From Balanoglossus misakiensis (lineage: Eukaryota; Animalia; Hemichordata): a stretch of 64,000 bases of DNA. Where the stretch lies: the NCBI GenBank assembly GCA_040954595.2, contig CM082598.2, forward strand, positions 6,649,097 through 6,713,096. The letters are read 5' to 3'. Below are positions 47,601 to 60,846 of this stretch, piece by piece. The notes beneath the pieces were generated by a model. The model was not told the origin of the DNA. It saw only the letters and a program-made list of their open reading frames with translations, and did not search any database. The position numbers and the translations under genes were made by a program. Every line of letters starts with the position of its first letter. Within the stretch, counting starts at the first letter, position 1.

Positions 47601-50420
47601 TAAGTAATCACAGTCTCCTTTTTTAATCACTTGTGTTTGAAATTGCTCTTTACATAATTTCCATAACTTCAAAAAATAAAACAGACAATTGACAGACTTT
47701 GCTCTGATTTACATTCTCTAAAAGACAGCTGGGATATTTTCACCAACATGCTTTTCCCAAATGGATATTAGTTTCATCAAAACTCCACCTTGTAATCTGT
47801 GTTATGCAACACAAATTATACAAATCCCTGATCAATATTTCAATGAAAAACAAAGCACTTACACAATGTACACGGTAAATGTCAATTAGGAAATATATTC
47901 TTGTAAGAATTGAGGACTAATGGTTGAAAGATCTGTAATGGCATGTTCATGATTTCAAGGCATCCTTTTTACAACAGAAATACATGTATGTTTTGAAATG
48001 ACACAACACTCTTGTACATTAATCTCATTAAGGAATTACATGTTGAGATGAATTTTGCTTTCCAGCTGTCAAGCTGTGGTAATTTTGGCTGTACCAAGAG
48101 AAATAAATTAAGTAGAAACAAAGTTACACGTGTTTGGAGTAGAGAACTTTGTAAAGTCAGATCCCTTTTAAAGCTCCAATAGCTGCCACTTTTTACACGT
48201 ATTTCATTCAACAACATACATTTTGTATTTCAATTTTTTTCTAATCTGAAGTTCACAGGTGATACCATTTTGAATTTGTGGAGTTTCTAACACCCATGTG
48301 CAGATACCATGATAGTTGTGTACTCTTGCATCAGACAACTGAATAAACATGTGCCACACCTGTTAATTATCTAAATATACAACCACAATCAGGGGTTGAT
48401 AATATGCTTTGTAGATACCCATCAGTTAGGTCATATATATGAACCATTCCTAGTTTGAAAGTAAACTCATGAAAATAATGCAAAAAAATGGCATATATTG
48501 CCAAAAATGCGAGCATTTTGTGTGTCATTTTCAAAAGCCCAAGTTCTGAAATAAAGTCACCCCTTATTTACATTTGTCCATATATGGTAAAATGGTGTGT
48601 TTTAGTCTGTGGCTTTGAATGACAGTAAAATGGCATTGTTTTTCCATGGCCATCCACTGAAAATCTGTGATTTGCTAGAAGTCAACTGTCCAATTGGTCA
48701 CTGCAGCTAAATTTGCACAGGTGACTTCAAGAGATTGACATCAAAGGATATCTTGGGGACTGTGATCAGCTGCTGTCATCATACACACTTTTCTGGTTGA
48801 GCTTTTCCGGTTTATTTGATACACTCTCATTGAAATCTTTGCAGACATCTTGAAGTCTCATCTCCTGTTAAAATGATAAAAAGGATTGAGCAAAGTTCAC
48901 ATCAAAATAGAGGAAAAATATTCACCTATCTATTATGTTGTTGATTGATTCATTACAAGGCGTACATTAAGAACTGTCCCTCATTTGACTTAATAATCCA
49001 AATTACACAAACAATAAACACATAAATTTTATTGTTATTAATGAAAATACTGGTAGAGTTGATAAGCCGAATACTGGACATTTTAAACATATCTCAATTT
49101 GCAAATATAGAACTGGAAGTGAACTTAGTATCAATACCCAAACAACATTAAAATCACACACTCTTTTTTAAAACTCCAGACCAAGGTAAAATAATTGCCT
49201 GAACATTTTTCATCAGATCCCTTCAATATTTCCAAACACTTCTTGAACACAAATCCAAAATCCAATGGTCACATAATCTAATCCAAACACATCCTTCAAA
49301 TAAATCCATGTCATATAATCCAATCAAAGCACATATTTCAAATACATCTACATCTATTGTCAGCAAGATGTGGAAATGAAATCCTCTAGAGCTACCACTT
49401 TTTAGCATTAATTTCCAACTTTAATTAGTCCATCTAAATAAGCTTACTTAGGTATACATGAACACCTTATCGATGCCCGATTATGACTGCATGTTGCAAT
49501 TTGAACACTTTTGTATATATTAAAACGGTGCCGCACCCATTTCATCAGCCTCCATACAAACAGTACGCAGCTATCGTGGTATGCATCGCCAAGAGATGAC
49601 AAACTGATGCAAATGCAAGAAATATGGCTTAAGTTGAGGATTTAGAGGATAGGGAATATATATTTGAAGTATTTTATTGTGGAAAAATGTGAAATTTGGC
49701 AGCTATACAGGCTTTAATAGACAGGCATTGAAATGACTTTACAAACAAATTTTCCTTGACTTTTTAAGACAGACAGAATCAACCCACAGTCAGCCTAAAG
49801 TATATAAACTATTACAAAATGTTAATCAAATGGAAAATTCTCAAAAAAATTGCTTGGCCACTCATTTGATTGCATTTTTTCCATTTCATATTTTAGGCAT
49901 GGTATATCAATATAATTTGTTGTGTTGTGTATATATTATGCTTGAAAACCAATTGACGGAAATATTAATTTAGAATAATGGTTATATTTTGAGAAATCAC
50001 AAAGATTTCTTACATCACTCCCACATCATTGGTTGCCTAGCAACATACATTCACCCTCCCAGCAAATTAATATCCTAAATGAGAAGTATCATGTGGAGAG
50101 GATCATGCAGTCACATAATCTTTGATTTGTACCATCCACCATTTCATTGTAGGCTTTGTCATAAAGGTGTTGTTTGGATTTCTGGCAGTTTGTAAGGTGA
50201 TATGAGAAATGCATTCCTTTCTGGCAAAAGACAACAATATGTACTGTAAATTAATAGCTGGAATCATGATGATGATGATGATGATGATGATAATAAATAT
50301 TATTTTTTTAAACAATATAGCATTCCTCGTTGATGTTTGCCGATGTTGAAAATACTGTAAAAGAGATCGCCCAGCGTCTGACACCGTAAAGACACACAGC
50401 TCTGCCAAGCAGAGCTATTA

Positions 50421-51201
50421 GGCTGCATTCACAAACACCTCTGGAGGGGGGGGGGGGGCGGGAGAATTCAATTTTTTTTACCGCTAATTTTCACATGCCC
50501 CCCTTCCGAACTGCCAATATTTTCAAATCCCCCCCTTCCGAACTGCCAAAATTTTGAAATCCCCCCCCCATTTTCTTTCACAGAGCAAAACACATCACCT
50601 ATCTATCTTGTAAAAAGAAAAACAGCGCTCCCATGAAAAGAATTTGAAACTGATGTTTCCCCTTATCAGTGGGTATTAAAACTGAACATTGTTTTTATTT
50701 TTTAAGTACATATATTTGTATCCTGTGTTGGGAGACATTGTAAACCGAGAATTGAAGGGGGTGGGTTTGAAAGAAAATTTTCTAAAATACAGAGCTCAAA
50801 GCTGCATTTTAATGAACCCGGCAAAAGCAAATTAACTCAACTACCGGTATGTTGGGGAGGACAAATTTAACCGTCGTCGCTCAAAGTTATCATGGGGTGG
50901 GGCAAGCCCCCTGACCTGGGACACTAGATAAACCAGTCAATGATTGAAAGGTGTTGATGAATGGAGGGGGTGGGTGTGGGAGGGGGTGTCCCCCTCCCAC
51001 ATTAGAAAATTTTGTAAAATAAAGGGCGCGAAACTGCATTTTTGTGGACTCAAAATAAATATTTAGTCGTTAAAGTTTTCAAGTCCCCCCCTTTCAGTCC
51101 CTAAATTATTTCAAATCCCCCCCCTTACATACCCTCAATTTTTTCAAATCCCCCCCCTCAATTCTCCTGCCCCCCCTCCAGAGGTGTTTGTGAATGCAGC
51201 C
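50421..51201. mobile_element. PIF/Harbinger-type MITE, copy 2 (opposite orientation to 2086-2840)
   Basis: Same TIRs; TTA target duplication at 50418-50420 and 51202-51204; interior is near-identical reverse complement of copy 1. Confidence 0.92.
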
Positions 51202-53317
51202 TTACATTGGTGCCTGCAATCTGCACGTGGCTAAAACGGCACATATTCTAAGTTGTGCGTTTAATATATCAGTATTACAATACCTTCATTTTGCAGATGT
51301 GTTGTTTTCATGTTCGCGGAAAACTTCTTTGCCATTATCGGTTTTAAACCACAGCATCAGGTGAATCTCAATTTTTAAGAGCAGCGCTGTTTACAAATCG
51401 GGGTCAAAGGTTATACAAGAATAACTATGTACAGTTGGTATTTTTCGGATGTACCTTTGGCCTTGGCCAAGGTCTATAAATTGTTTTTGACAACACATAT
51501 TATTAAAGCTTATCCTTTACTGAATTTATCTTTAGCTTATAGCGATGGGTATGTTGCTTAATAGTTATTTTAACAACGCCAACTAAGCTGGCGCTGGATC
51601 GAGGGTACAGGACTATCCTAGGTCAAGGGTCAATCGTGAACGTTTTGGTCGCGAATCAGCTGATCTTTTACAACAGCGTGTTGCGCCCCTTTTTAAAATT
51701 TCTCATGAGTGGAGACGTCAGTGAAAGAACATATTTCGGATAATGGAGCATTCTTGGCAGTGTTTTCAAAGGGTTTCGCAACCTTTCTACATGGGACGCG
51801 GCGGCGCTTGGCAGAACTTTGCGAGGTGGTCGTCATCACAGGTCGCACTGTAGTTGAGAGAGAGAGCCATGACACTGACAGAGCCGGGTGAGTGATTGAG
51901 ATCCTGGATCAGTTGCCGTCACTCAGATCACTAGACATTCTCTCTCATTAGGGTGTAGCTACGGTGTTGCCACGGGACCTACGACGTTTTATCGTGACGT
52001 CGGTGTTGCCCCGACCGGCCAGGGAAGTATATCAGATATGATGAGAGTCCAGTGATGACATGGCTTTATGCAGTCGCTGTGCCTGTCGATAAAGGAAAGG
52101 AACAGTACAACGCGCAGCCAGTGTGATTAGCATCGCGTCCACATGACGTTCTATAGTTTTGGACCTTGAGCAAGACTACATGACAGACATCGCCAGGGTC
52201 AATGACGGGCGGGCAGATATGTGTGACACAGGTCCTCCTTGCAGGTAAGTCAGTCTTAATTCTTTTACATGCTTTTCAGAGTCAGCTTTTTGAGATGGTG
52301 AGATCTCTGTTGTGTGGTTTCTCTGTGTCACCTTTAGCTCTGCATTCAGCCGGGAACACACAGACCTGTACGCAGAGCTATGTGACCTTCTGAGTCATAT
52401 AATAATGTCACATTTAGTACTACATTATTTCTATCGAAACACAGCTAGGGGGGGGGGGGGGGGGGGTTCTATTCTGGTTTCCCCCATCATAGACCCACCC
52501 GTGACCCCCACCAAAAAATCTGTAGTGAAACAACAGCCAAACCAGTGCACTATCTCACAGTCCCTCTATTACATATTGTGACTGTATAAGCTAAAAAATA
52601 AGACATTCACTTTTTGAAATAAACATTTCTCTGTTAATTATCTCTGAAAGCTTGATATAGGAGAACATTTCGGTTACTTCAATGTCACCATTGTTTTCAC
52701 TACTATCACGTAACAAGCAATTTAAATTACCTTCGCAAAAACAGTATTCTCTATGTTTTTTTGTTAACGCTTTGAGATGTCTGGCTCAAATCTGCGTGAA
52801 TGCAAGCTGTCATAACTATTGTACAAAGTAGTGTCTAGCTCGATTTTTATAATGAAAAAAAAATTCTGATAGACTAGGAATAGTAGGATTTATTCACTGC
52901 TCCAGAAGTTTTCTGAATTACAATGGCTGTCCAAAGTTGGTTTATGCACTTAACGGGACATTAGCTGTAACTTTTGGCTTTAATTGATGTACATATATTT
53001 TTGTTCTGAGTATCAATGGGAATTTCTTGTTCTACTCCAAACAGCATGCTAATATACCCATTTATACTTCACTTGTCAACATAGCCCGTGGATGTGTAAT
53101 GTTATCATTCACAGTTTTTTACTACTGTTACGTAAATATGCAACATGTCTAAAAAATATGTTTTTATAGAATATATTTATTTATTTAGAGTAAAATGTTT
53201 TTGGTGACATTTAAATATTAAGTGGATGGTATTTTATACATCAATTGTGGGTTTCAAAATATTGTTGGGAGTAGCACACGAATCTTCAGTGGCCACATAG
53301 AATTAATTTTCAACCTT

Positions 53318-53494
53318 CAGTAAAACCTGTCAAAACCAAACCCTGTGTAATCTGGAAACCTGTCTATACTGAACACCTTTTCAGTCCCTTCGACATAGAA
53401 TCACATGTTAAAAGAACCTTTACAAACTGGAAATGTCTGTAAACTGAACAATTTCTTCAGTGCCTTCAGTGTTCAGTTCAGACGGGTTTTACTG
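53318..53494. mobile_element. Short CAGT-terminated MITE (Tc1/mariner-pogo-like); similar element at 62996-63156
   Basis: CAGTAAAACCTGTC...GACGGGTTTTACTG|TA. Confidence 0.55.
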
Positions 53495-53498
53495 TATT

Positions 53499-53955
53499 TA
53501 ATTTCTCACACTCCTGGCCGCTGGGAGTGTGGGATAGGATATCCCCGACGAGTGTCAGAAATACGATCTCAGGTCCTTGGGAGTGTGAGATTCTATTATT
53601 CTCACACTCTCACTGAATCGAAAGCTGTATATGACGCGAGCGCTGATTGGTTGACAAAGAGTTATTTCTCTTCGCGCACTAAATGTTATCCAATGGCGTG
53701 ATGTGTATTACAGGCACAGAACTATAACGTGCCCCAGACAACAGTTCCAGAGTCATTTATTCAATGTTTTAACGAATTTGGCTAATTTGTGACCGTGTGA
53801 GAAAAATAATCTCACACACCAAGGACCTGGGATTGTATTTCTCACACTCAGGGATATTTTGTCCCACACTCACCTGCGGCTCGTGTGGGACAGAAAATCC
53901 CCAACTTTGTGAGAAATACGATCCCAGGTCCTTGGGAGTGTGAGATTCTATTAAT
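53499..53955. mobile_element. Double-hairpin non-autonomous element (same class as 21247-21918)
   Basis: gaaatacgatc.caggtccttgggagtgtgagattctatta occurs twice, with an inverted copy at ~53810-53848; hairpin loop cacctgcggctcgtg. Confidence 0.6.
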
Positions 53956-55029
53956 CCCAAATGTCATAGCAGCTGCCCCTTTAAAACAATTTCTTTAACA
54001 AATGTGTTTCTAATAGATTTGGTCAGGTGGAAAAGTATGTCACATACTGTTTTCACTGAACACTGATGTGGTTGCAATTTTATTGACACAAATTGAATCA
54101 CACTATGCATCACATTAGACTTAGGGGTAAACCATTTTATATTTAGGAGAGTGAAGTTTAGTTTCTACTCTGCCTATTCTCTGATGTTTTTTCTTTACTA
54201 TTTGGCAGAGGCAAAATGCAGACTAGTTATGGAAGTGTTCCTAAGTAACCATGCATAAATTATTTCTATTAATCTAAGCACAACATGTAAAATATAAATC
54301 AACCAGGTACACCCATGTCTCCCTCTACAGTAATAGTGACAATTCCTTTCATAGTACCCAACTTACTCAAGTAAACACACTTAATGTTAGCAAACAGTCC
54401 TATAGGTATAGCCTGGACCCATGTCCCATTCCTGCTGCTGGTTAGTGACAGCAGGGTTAGAAAGTGGGCCGGGAACAAGAGTATCTTACAGGCCTCTTTC
54501 ATGACCCCTGTGCTGTGTGACCTTACATCCTGGTGATTTGTTTGTATGACATCATTCATCATTCAATGTTGAACAGCTAACCTTTTCTAACAGGCAATGT
54601 TCACCAGTTTTGTTCAAGGATGAGAAAAAATGCATTGATTCAATAGCATGGTTGGTAAACTCGAAATTGTAAACTCACACCGAAAAAAAGCCAGGATGTA
54701 GAGGTCAAAAGGGGTCATAAAAGTGGCATGATATAGCACAGTTGCCAGTGGTGTAATGTTTATATGAACTGTGCAACTTCATTCATATTTCTTAGTGGCA
54801 GCAATGTTATTATAAATATAAACTGACATCTGAAATCACTTTGCGATGTCGAAATTCAGTGGGAAGAAACAAACGCCAAAAGTTACCACATTTTATACTG
54901 ACACTTATTTGTTTTGTACAGTTTACCCTATGGATCCAGCTATCATAGGATTAGGTGCAATAATTGTAGCTTTGGTGGGCTGGTTGATCGCTGACGGGCG
55001 GCTTGATCAATCATCCCATCTAGGCTACA

Positions 55030-55538
55030 ATTATTGCAGATATCATAGGAAGGGCACATTGGGAACCCCCCCTTACACATGTATAATTTTGGTGCAAATT
55101 TTGCCTTTTTGATCAAATTTTTTTTCTGTAAAACCTCTTGTCAGATTGCTTTGAAATTTGGTAGGCATAGAGATGTGTGGTTGTCAAATCAACTTGAAGA
55201 ATTCAATAGTATATTTTTGGGGTGATTTTTGCCATTTTTGGTCAAAACTCGTTCTCAGAACCCTCTACCCCATTGCTTTGAAATTTGATTTGAAGGTTCC
55301 CGGGTGAGTTCTCATAATGATTTACAAAACCTATGATTAAAGTGTCAATATATTTTTTTTTTGGGGGGGGGCAATATTTTGTATTTTGGGAGCATATTTT
55401 CGAATTTTGATAAAAAATCATATATCTCAGAAAGTGTATACTGTATGGCTGATTACTTTAAAATTTGACTTGTACGTTAATGGGATTGGCTTCTTTAGAA
55501 TTATTATGGAATCATATCATAGGTAATTTGGAATTTCT
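55030..55538 (-). mobile_element. Inverted copy of the dispersed repeat present in the ROCO introns (e.g. 21060-22150)
   Basis: Reverse complement of ...gagaactcacccgggaaccttcaaatc..aaagcaatgggg.. and ..tttcaaagcaatctgaca.. Confidence 0.7.
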
Positions 55539-58132
55539 ACAGGGCTTGCGTTTAATATTATATTTTTTACGTGCAGTGCACGCAAAGAGCCAAAAAAATT
55601 GCGTGAAATTGTATTTGAATTACGTGCAACAAAATAGCGATAGACAAGGAGGCTTTCAGATAAACATACTTGAATGAGTTCTCCCTTCATGTCTAGAAGG
55701 CCCAACACAAAAAAATAATTTACAATGTAGCCAATAAAGTACATAAACATCATGAAAGAGATCTTGTTGCAAGTGGTCCCCCCCCCCCCCCCCCCCCCCC
55801 CCCGATATGCATTAGTACAGACAAAGTATGGAATTCTTGTGTTATATCATCAAGGAAAATGACCCAGAAGCCCTACTTGCTTTGTTATATCTAATGGCTT
55901 CTGCGTGCATAAATTATAGCCCCGACACGTGTCAAGTTTGTGGCCTAGGTTACCGCACGTACATCACTGTGCATCCTGCTACAGCATACAAGCGCGCGTA
56001 CGCGTACATGTGTACAGGGCGCCTGACCGGCCAACCTTGACAAGGCGCCCCAGATAGCCTCGCCCGCTGTTATCTTTCAATGGATTTTTTTTGTGCGCAT
56101 GTCACGCAACTGTGACAAAATATTTGCGTGCACACATTGTAGTTTTGCGTTATTTAGTGTTATTTTAAATGGGTGTCACACCGATTTAATCAGCCTCCAT
56201 TCAAAGAGTACACAACAGTCGTGTTATGCATTAGCAAAAGATGATAAACTGATGTGGATACAATCAATATAGCTTAATGGTGATGATTCTAAAGCAGAAG
56301 GGTAATTGTCATTATTATCATACATACAGAGCCTGTATTTGCCACTTTCTATTGTTCTCACCAAATTTAGTGTAATAACCCCCTAAGTACCACCCTCTAA
56401 TTTTAAAGAACACTAATTATGGAAGCCCATTAACCCTTCACAACCAAGGTTCAGTCCAAACCCATTGATTTCCATTAAAAGGTTTGACCTGTATAGAAGG
56501 AACTGGGGGTGAAAGGGTTAAAGGGACGAAGTCGCTCTTTTTGACTTTTGACTCACTTGCTTTTATAAGACGTAATTCCTACCTTTAAATGTTTCATAAA
56601 ATGTTTAATCAAATCTGTCTACAATCACAGTAGACGTTGTTTACATATGCCTTTTGTTAAATGATTGTTGTTGTATTTCAAATTGTTGTCAGGAGCAGGT
56701 GAGAAATACAGTATGATTTCTGAAGGTCTGAGTACTGCATTGCACTTAGTTGGTGATATGAAGAGTTTACGATATTCAAGGTAATTAATTATGGTAAAAT
56801 TCTGAGTTTCAAGATCATTCTCTAGATATGGCCCCCACTTATTGAGGTGGTTTATCTGTTTATGTAAAGCTCACCATGTCAACCAGGAAGTGATTCTATA
56901 CAGAAAGTGGAGTACAACTAACGTGTGAAGTACATTGAAAACTGCCTAGGAAGGACACTTCAGGGACCATAAAATGTCTCCTTAATAGATAGGTGTCCTT
57001 AAAGGGACAAATTCTCTCTATCGCTGCCCCTTTTCCATGAATTAGGTTTGTTACAGGACACCATTTCTGTTATTCTACATGTGGATATATAGTGAATCAA
57101 TGTTTCACCACACACAACTTCAACCCTGCTTGTAGCCTCCGGAGTGATAAAAAAAAACACACGCCAATAATCGGTCTCTATCATTTATTCATTTTAGGCG
57201 AGTTTTTATGCTCATATCATTCAAGTGGGATGGAAATTGTGTATGGTTGAACGTTCATTAACTACATATACACATGTACATTAATGTAAAGTGTCTCTTG
57301 TATCAAACAGAAATGTGCATGTAATATTCTGTTCAAACCATTACTCTTGTCTTGAACAATCTTTCCTTAATAGAGAGGTGTCCTGATTAGAGAGATGTCT
57401 GTATTGACAGGTTTCACTGTAATATTAACATTTTCAGTTTGTTAATCCTTCTGTCTTTGCCAGAGAATTTTGACAGCAGCCACAAACTTTCTCTGCCATA
57501 CTCACAATAAGAGAAAGCTTGCACATGTGTATAAAACAGGTTATTTTCGCAAGCAATTAATTTTTGTGAAATACGCAAATATCGCGAAAATTTCCTGTCA
57601 CGAAAATAATCTGTTTTACAGTAATATTGAAGGTCAGAATGCTTTTGATGAGAGAACAATACACCAGTTGCAAAGTATCTTGACTAACATAAAAATGATT
57701 GAATTTTCTGAAGAAGATATAATCTCGCAGTTGGTGTATTGTTTCCTCATCAAAAGCATTCTGACCTTCAATATTATTCTGTTGAGCTTTACATGCAATC
57801 TGGTCTATATATGTTCAGAGGTGATGTTATCATCGATAACAGATCCTAAATACTAAAAGAGTATAAAATGTCTGCGACAGATACTTTGTTAGTTGTAACA
57901 GGTGGGAAATAAGAATTTGGATAACACAGTATTTCGGCTATTGTTGGGGGGGGGGGGTGGAGCAATAACTGATTTTGGAACCCCATGTAACACCTGTCTT
58001 AACATTAATATGACTGCATTTATGGTACCATAAGGAATGCTGACAGCAGGGTTTTCGCTAAGCGCCAGCCACCGGCCAATTGGCCGGGTACTTGCACTGA
58101 ACTGGCCGTCTACTTTTCCTTAACCCATTAGG

Positions 58133-58712
58133 GTTATTTAAGCAATAACCCCCGCCGCAGGCGGGTATACACGAGATTTGGGTACAATTCGAGACATATA
58201 GCACGAGCCGTCAGGCGAGTGCAATATGGAGCAAATTGTACCCAAATCGAGTGTATACCCGACTGAGGCGGGGGTTATTGCTAAATTATATTATATCAAC
58301 AACTGTTTTTGTGGCATATCAGTGTCATTTTCTTACCGAAACGGTGTCAGAAAGAGAAATTACGATCGTGAACCAAAATGGCGACGACGAATGTAAACAT
58401 GCGCGGCCGGGATCGAGCATTAAACATGAAGCAGACGACAAAAAGTGACAACACGGGCATCGCGCGTGGCAAAGCGACAAATATATCCACAGAGCAGTTC
58501 CAAAATAAAACGTCCGTTAATTCAACAGTATTTTTGTTTTATTTATTTGGTTTAAACACGCGCGACTGTGGTTTAACCGCACATTTTTGCTGCCGAATGC
58601 CAGTTCAGGGGCCCGTTTTACCACTGCTAGCCATGGTAAAACAGTATTTTACCATCGCTGGATTCAGCTCTCGTCCAATCAGAATCACGGACGGTAGCAT
58701 GATATAATATAA
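58133..58712. mobile_element. Hairpin-ended non-autonomous element (same architecture as 21247-21918, reversed)
   Basis: Hairpin agcaataaccccc..gggtatacac / gtgtataccc..ggggttattgct with loop gcacgagccgtcaggcgagtgc; then a tattatatc / gatataata inverted pair. Confidence 0.6.
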
Positions 58713-60846
58713 TTTTATTTTTATACTCTTTCACACTCATAAATAAGGGTTCCTACGCTCCTGGAAACTCCTGGAATTTGAAACCCCTCCTGGAAACTCC
58801 TGAAATCTCCTGGAAATTCAAAATTTCCCCTTGAAACTCCTGGAAAACCGCGAGTCACGATCGCATTTCACCGGATCGTGAAACAGTACGCGTTGCCCAT
58901 TTCACTCGGCGCACCAGTTATCTTTAGACAGGCGTCCTATAAATAGTATCATTGACATAGTAACGCACAAATTGCAACAACTAACGCAGCTCAGCGTTCC
59001 GGTCGCAACAAAATATCTAAAACTTGACAAAAGATGTAGCAACTTTTGTTAGAGGTCATGCCATGTATCCCGCGCCTGCAGAATACTTGAACAGACGGCC
59101 GCGGCAGACACCCGTGAGATCGATGTTCAGGGCAATTAGTGATGTCAAAAAGAAGCAAAAAAGGCAGGCGTTTTTTGTGTTTTTTTTTCAGCAGCAGAAC
59201 AGTAATTTCCATCAGTAATTTGTCGATTTTATCAGGACAGAAATCATTGCTTTAGGGACCGTTCAGTTTTTACGGCCGAGGGGGGGGGGGGGGGTCAAAG
59301 GTCAACATGATTGGGGGGGTCAAAGGTCAACATGTCCCCGGCCCCGCATAATTGGCCCCCTACTTTGCCAATATGGCCCTCTACTTCAAATTTTAGTGAA
59401 ACCCCTGCAGTGACAAAATGACTGGGGAACCCTGGTTACATTACCCTGATCACCACAATGGTTCAGTCCAACTGCATTGTTTTCTATGGTAAGGTTGGAC
59501 CTCTGAAGAGGGAATTGGGGTGGAAGGGTTAAAAAAAACACTGACTGACAATACTGCCAATAACAAAATGTAGTTTTCCCTTCTCTTTGCATACAGCACA
59601 CAAGAACAGAAACATTGTATATTGATCTGCAACTCTCCTCCATATCCCTTGCCAAGTCAAGATAGTATTAATTACAGTGGATTGACTGCAGATCAATTGA
59701 CTGCCATGTTGGGTAAGGTAAGCGATATAAAACATTTCATACAACACTGCCTACTAACAATAGTCATATCAATCTGACAAGGGAAGATGAAAACAAAACA
59801 TCTTTTCAAACTAGTTTACTGTGCGGACCAATTTCATTAAGCCCCATTGAACAGCTATATTTTCTTGAATTCTGGTTTTATAATTAACTTTGATTGATTG
59901 ACATGTGTTTTACATCTAAATGCATCGCTTTAGGAACATTTTCTAGTATGTATGAGATTATTAAATTGAACTTGTATATTTGCTGAGGGCAACTTAATTT
60001 TCAGTAAAGATGAGGAATGCTCAATGTTTGGATTGTCTTCAAAAAGATGACAACAACTCAAGTCTCAAAAACTCTTTGTTTTGAAGTTTGAATTGTTTTT
60101 GTTGCATCAGTAACGACTTCACATGTGGATGCCACATTTTGATTCTTAGCAAATGTTGTATTTTGACAGAGAGGAGTCCATTCCTCAATCATATCACCCC
60201 GCAAACTGCCTGAACTCCAGAAACTTAGCGACAAAGCGTGAAATACAGATGGTACCTATGAAGGATTATGCGGCTGATCCACACCACATGATACTTCTCA
60301 AAGGTTATCAACTTGCTGGTAGGTATCTGTTGCTATGCAAATATTTGCAATCATACCATCCAGATTCTAAAGTTCACAGGTCAAATATATAACTTGTTTA
60401 CGTGGCCATTTACAACCAATTCATCATTTTGTGGTTTGTTAAGATTTTCATTACTCTAAATTGGTACTTCCATAAAATGGTTGTAATATTTATCACACAT
60501 CACATATTATTATTCGCTCTTGGTTGGCTAATACTAAATATGACAGTACTTCATGACCTCTGCACATGATCTGTGCCTTACAGAAGTTATTTTCGCGAGT
60601 GATGCAGTGTATTCTGTTGCAGTACTTTCACAAGCCAAGCATATTATTCCCCATCATTTCAATGCCTGGCCAATGAATTACACATCCTCCTGAAAATTGT
60701 TGGAAGGTGGGCAATTAGTTTCCATGGTTGCATCCTGGATGAAACACTGGTACAGGTTCAAGACAAGTCTAGTGACATTGTGTGATCCACAGCAGAATTT
60801 CACATCAACTGTATAAACTTCTATTTTTTTTATGATTGTGTTTCAG

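Noticed and set aside
58745-58850. Clustered TCCTGGAA repeats as a STAT-like enhancer
   Set aside because: They follow a GGGTTCCTAC start and look like subterminal repeats of a DNA transposon end among other element fragments.
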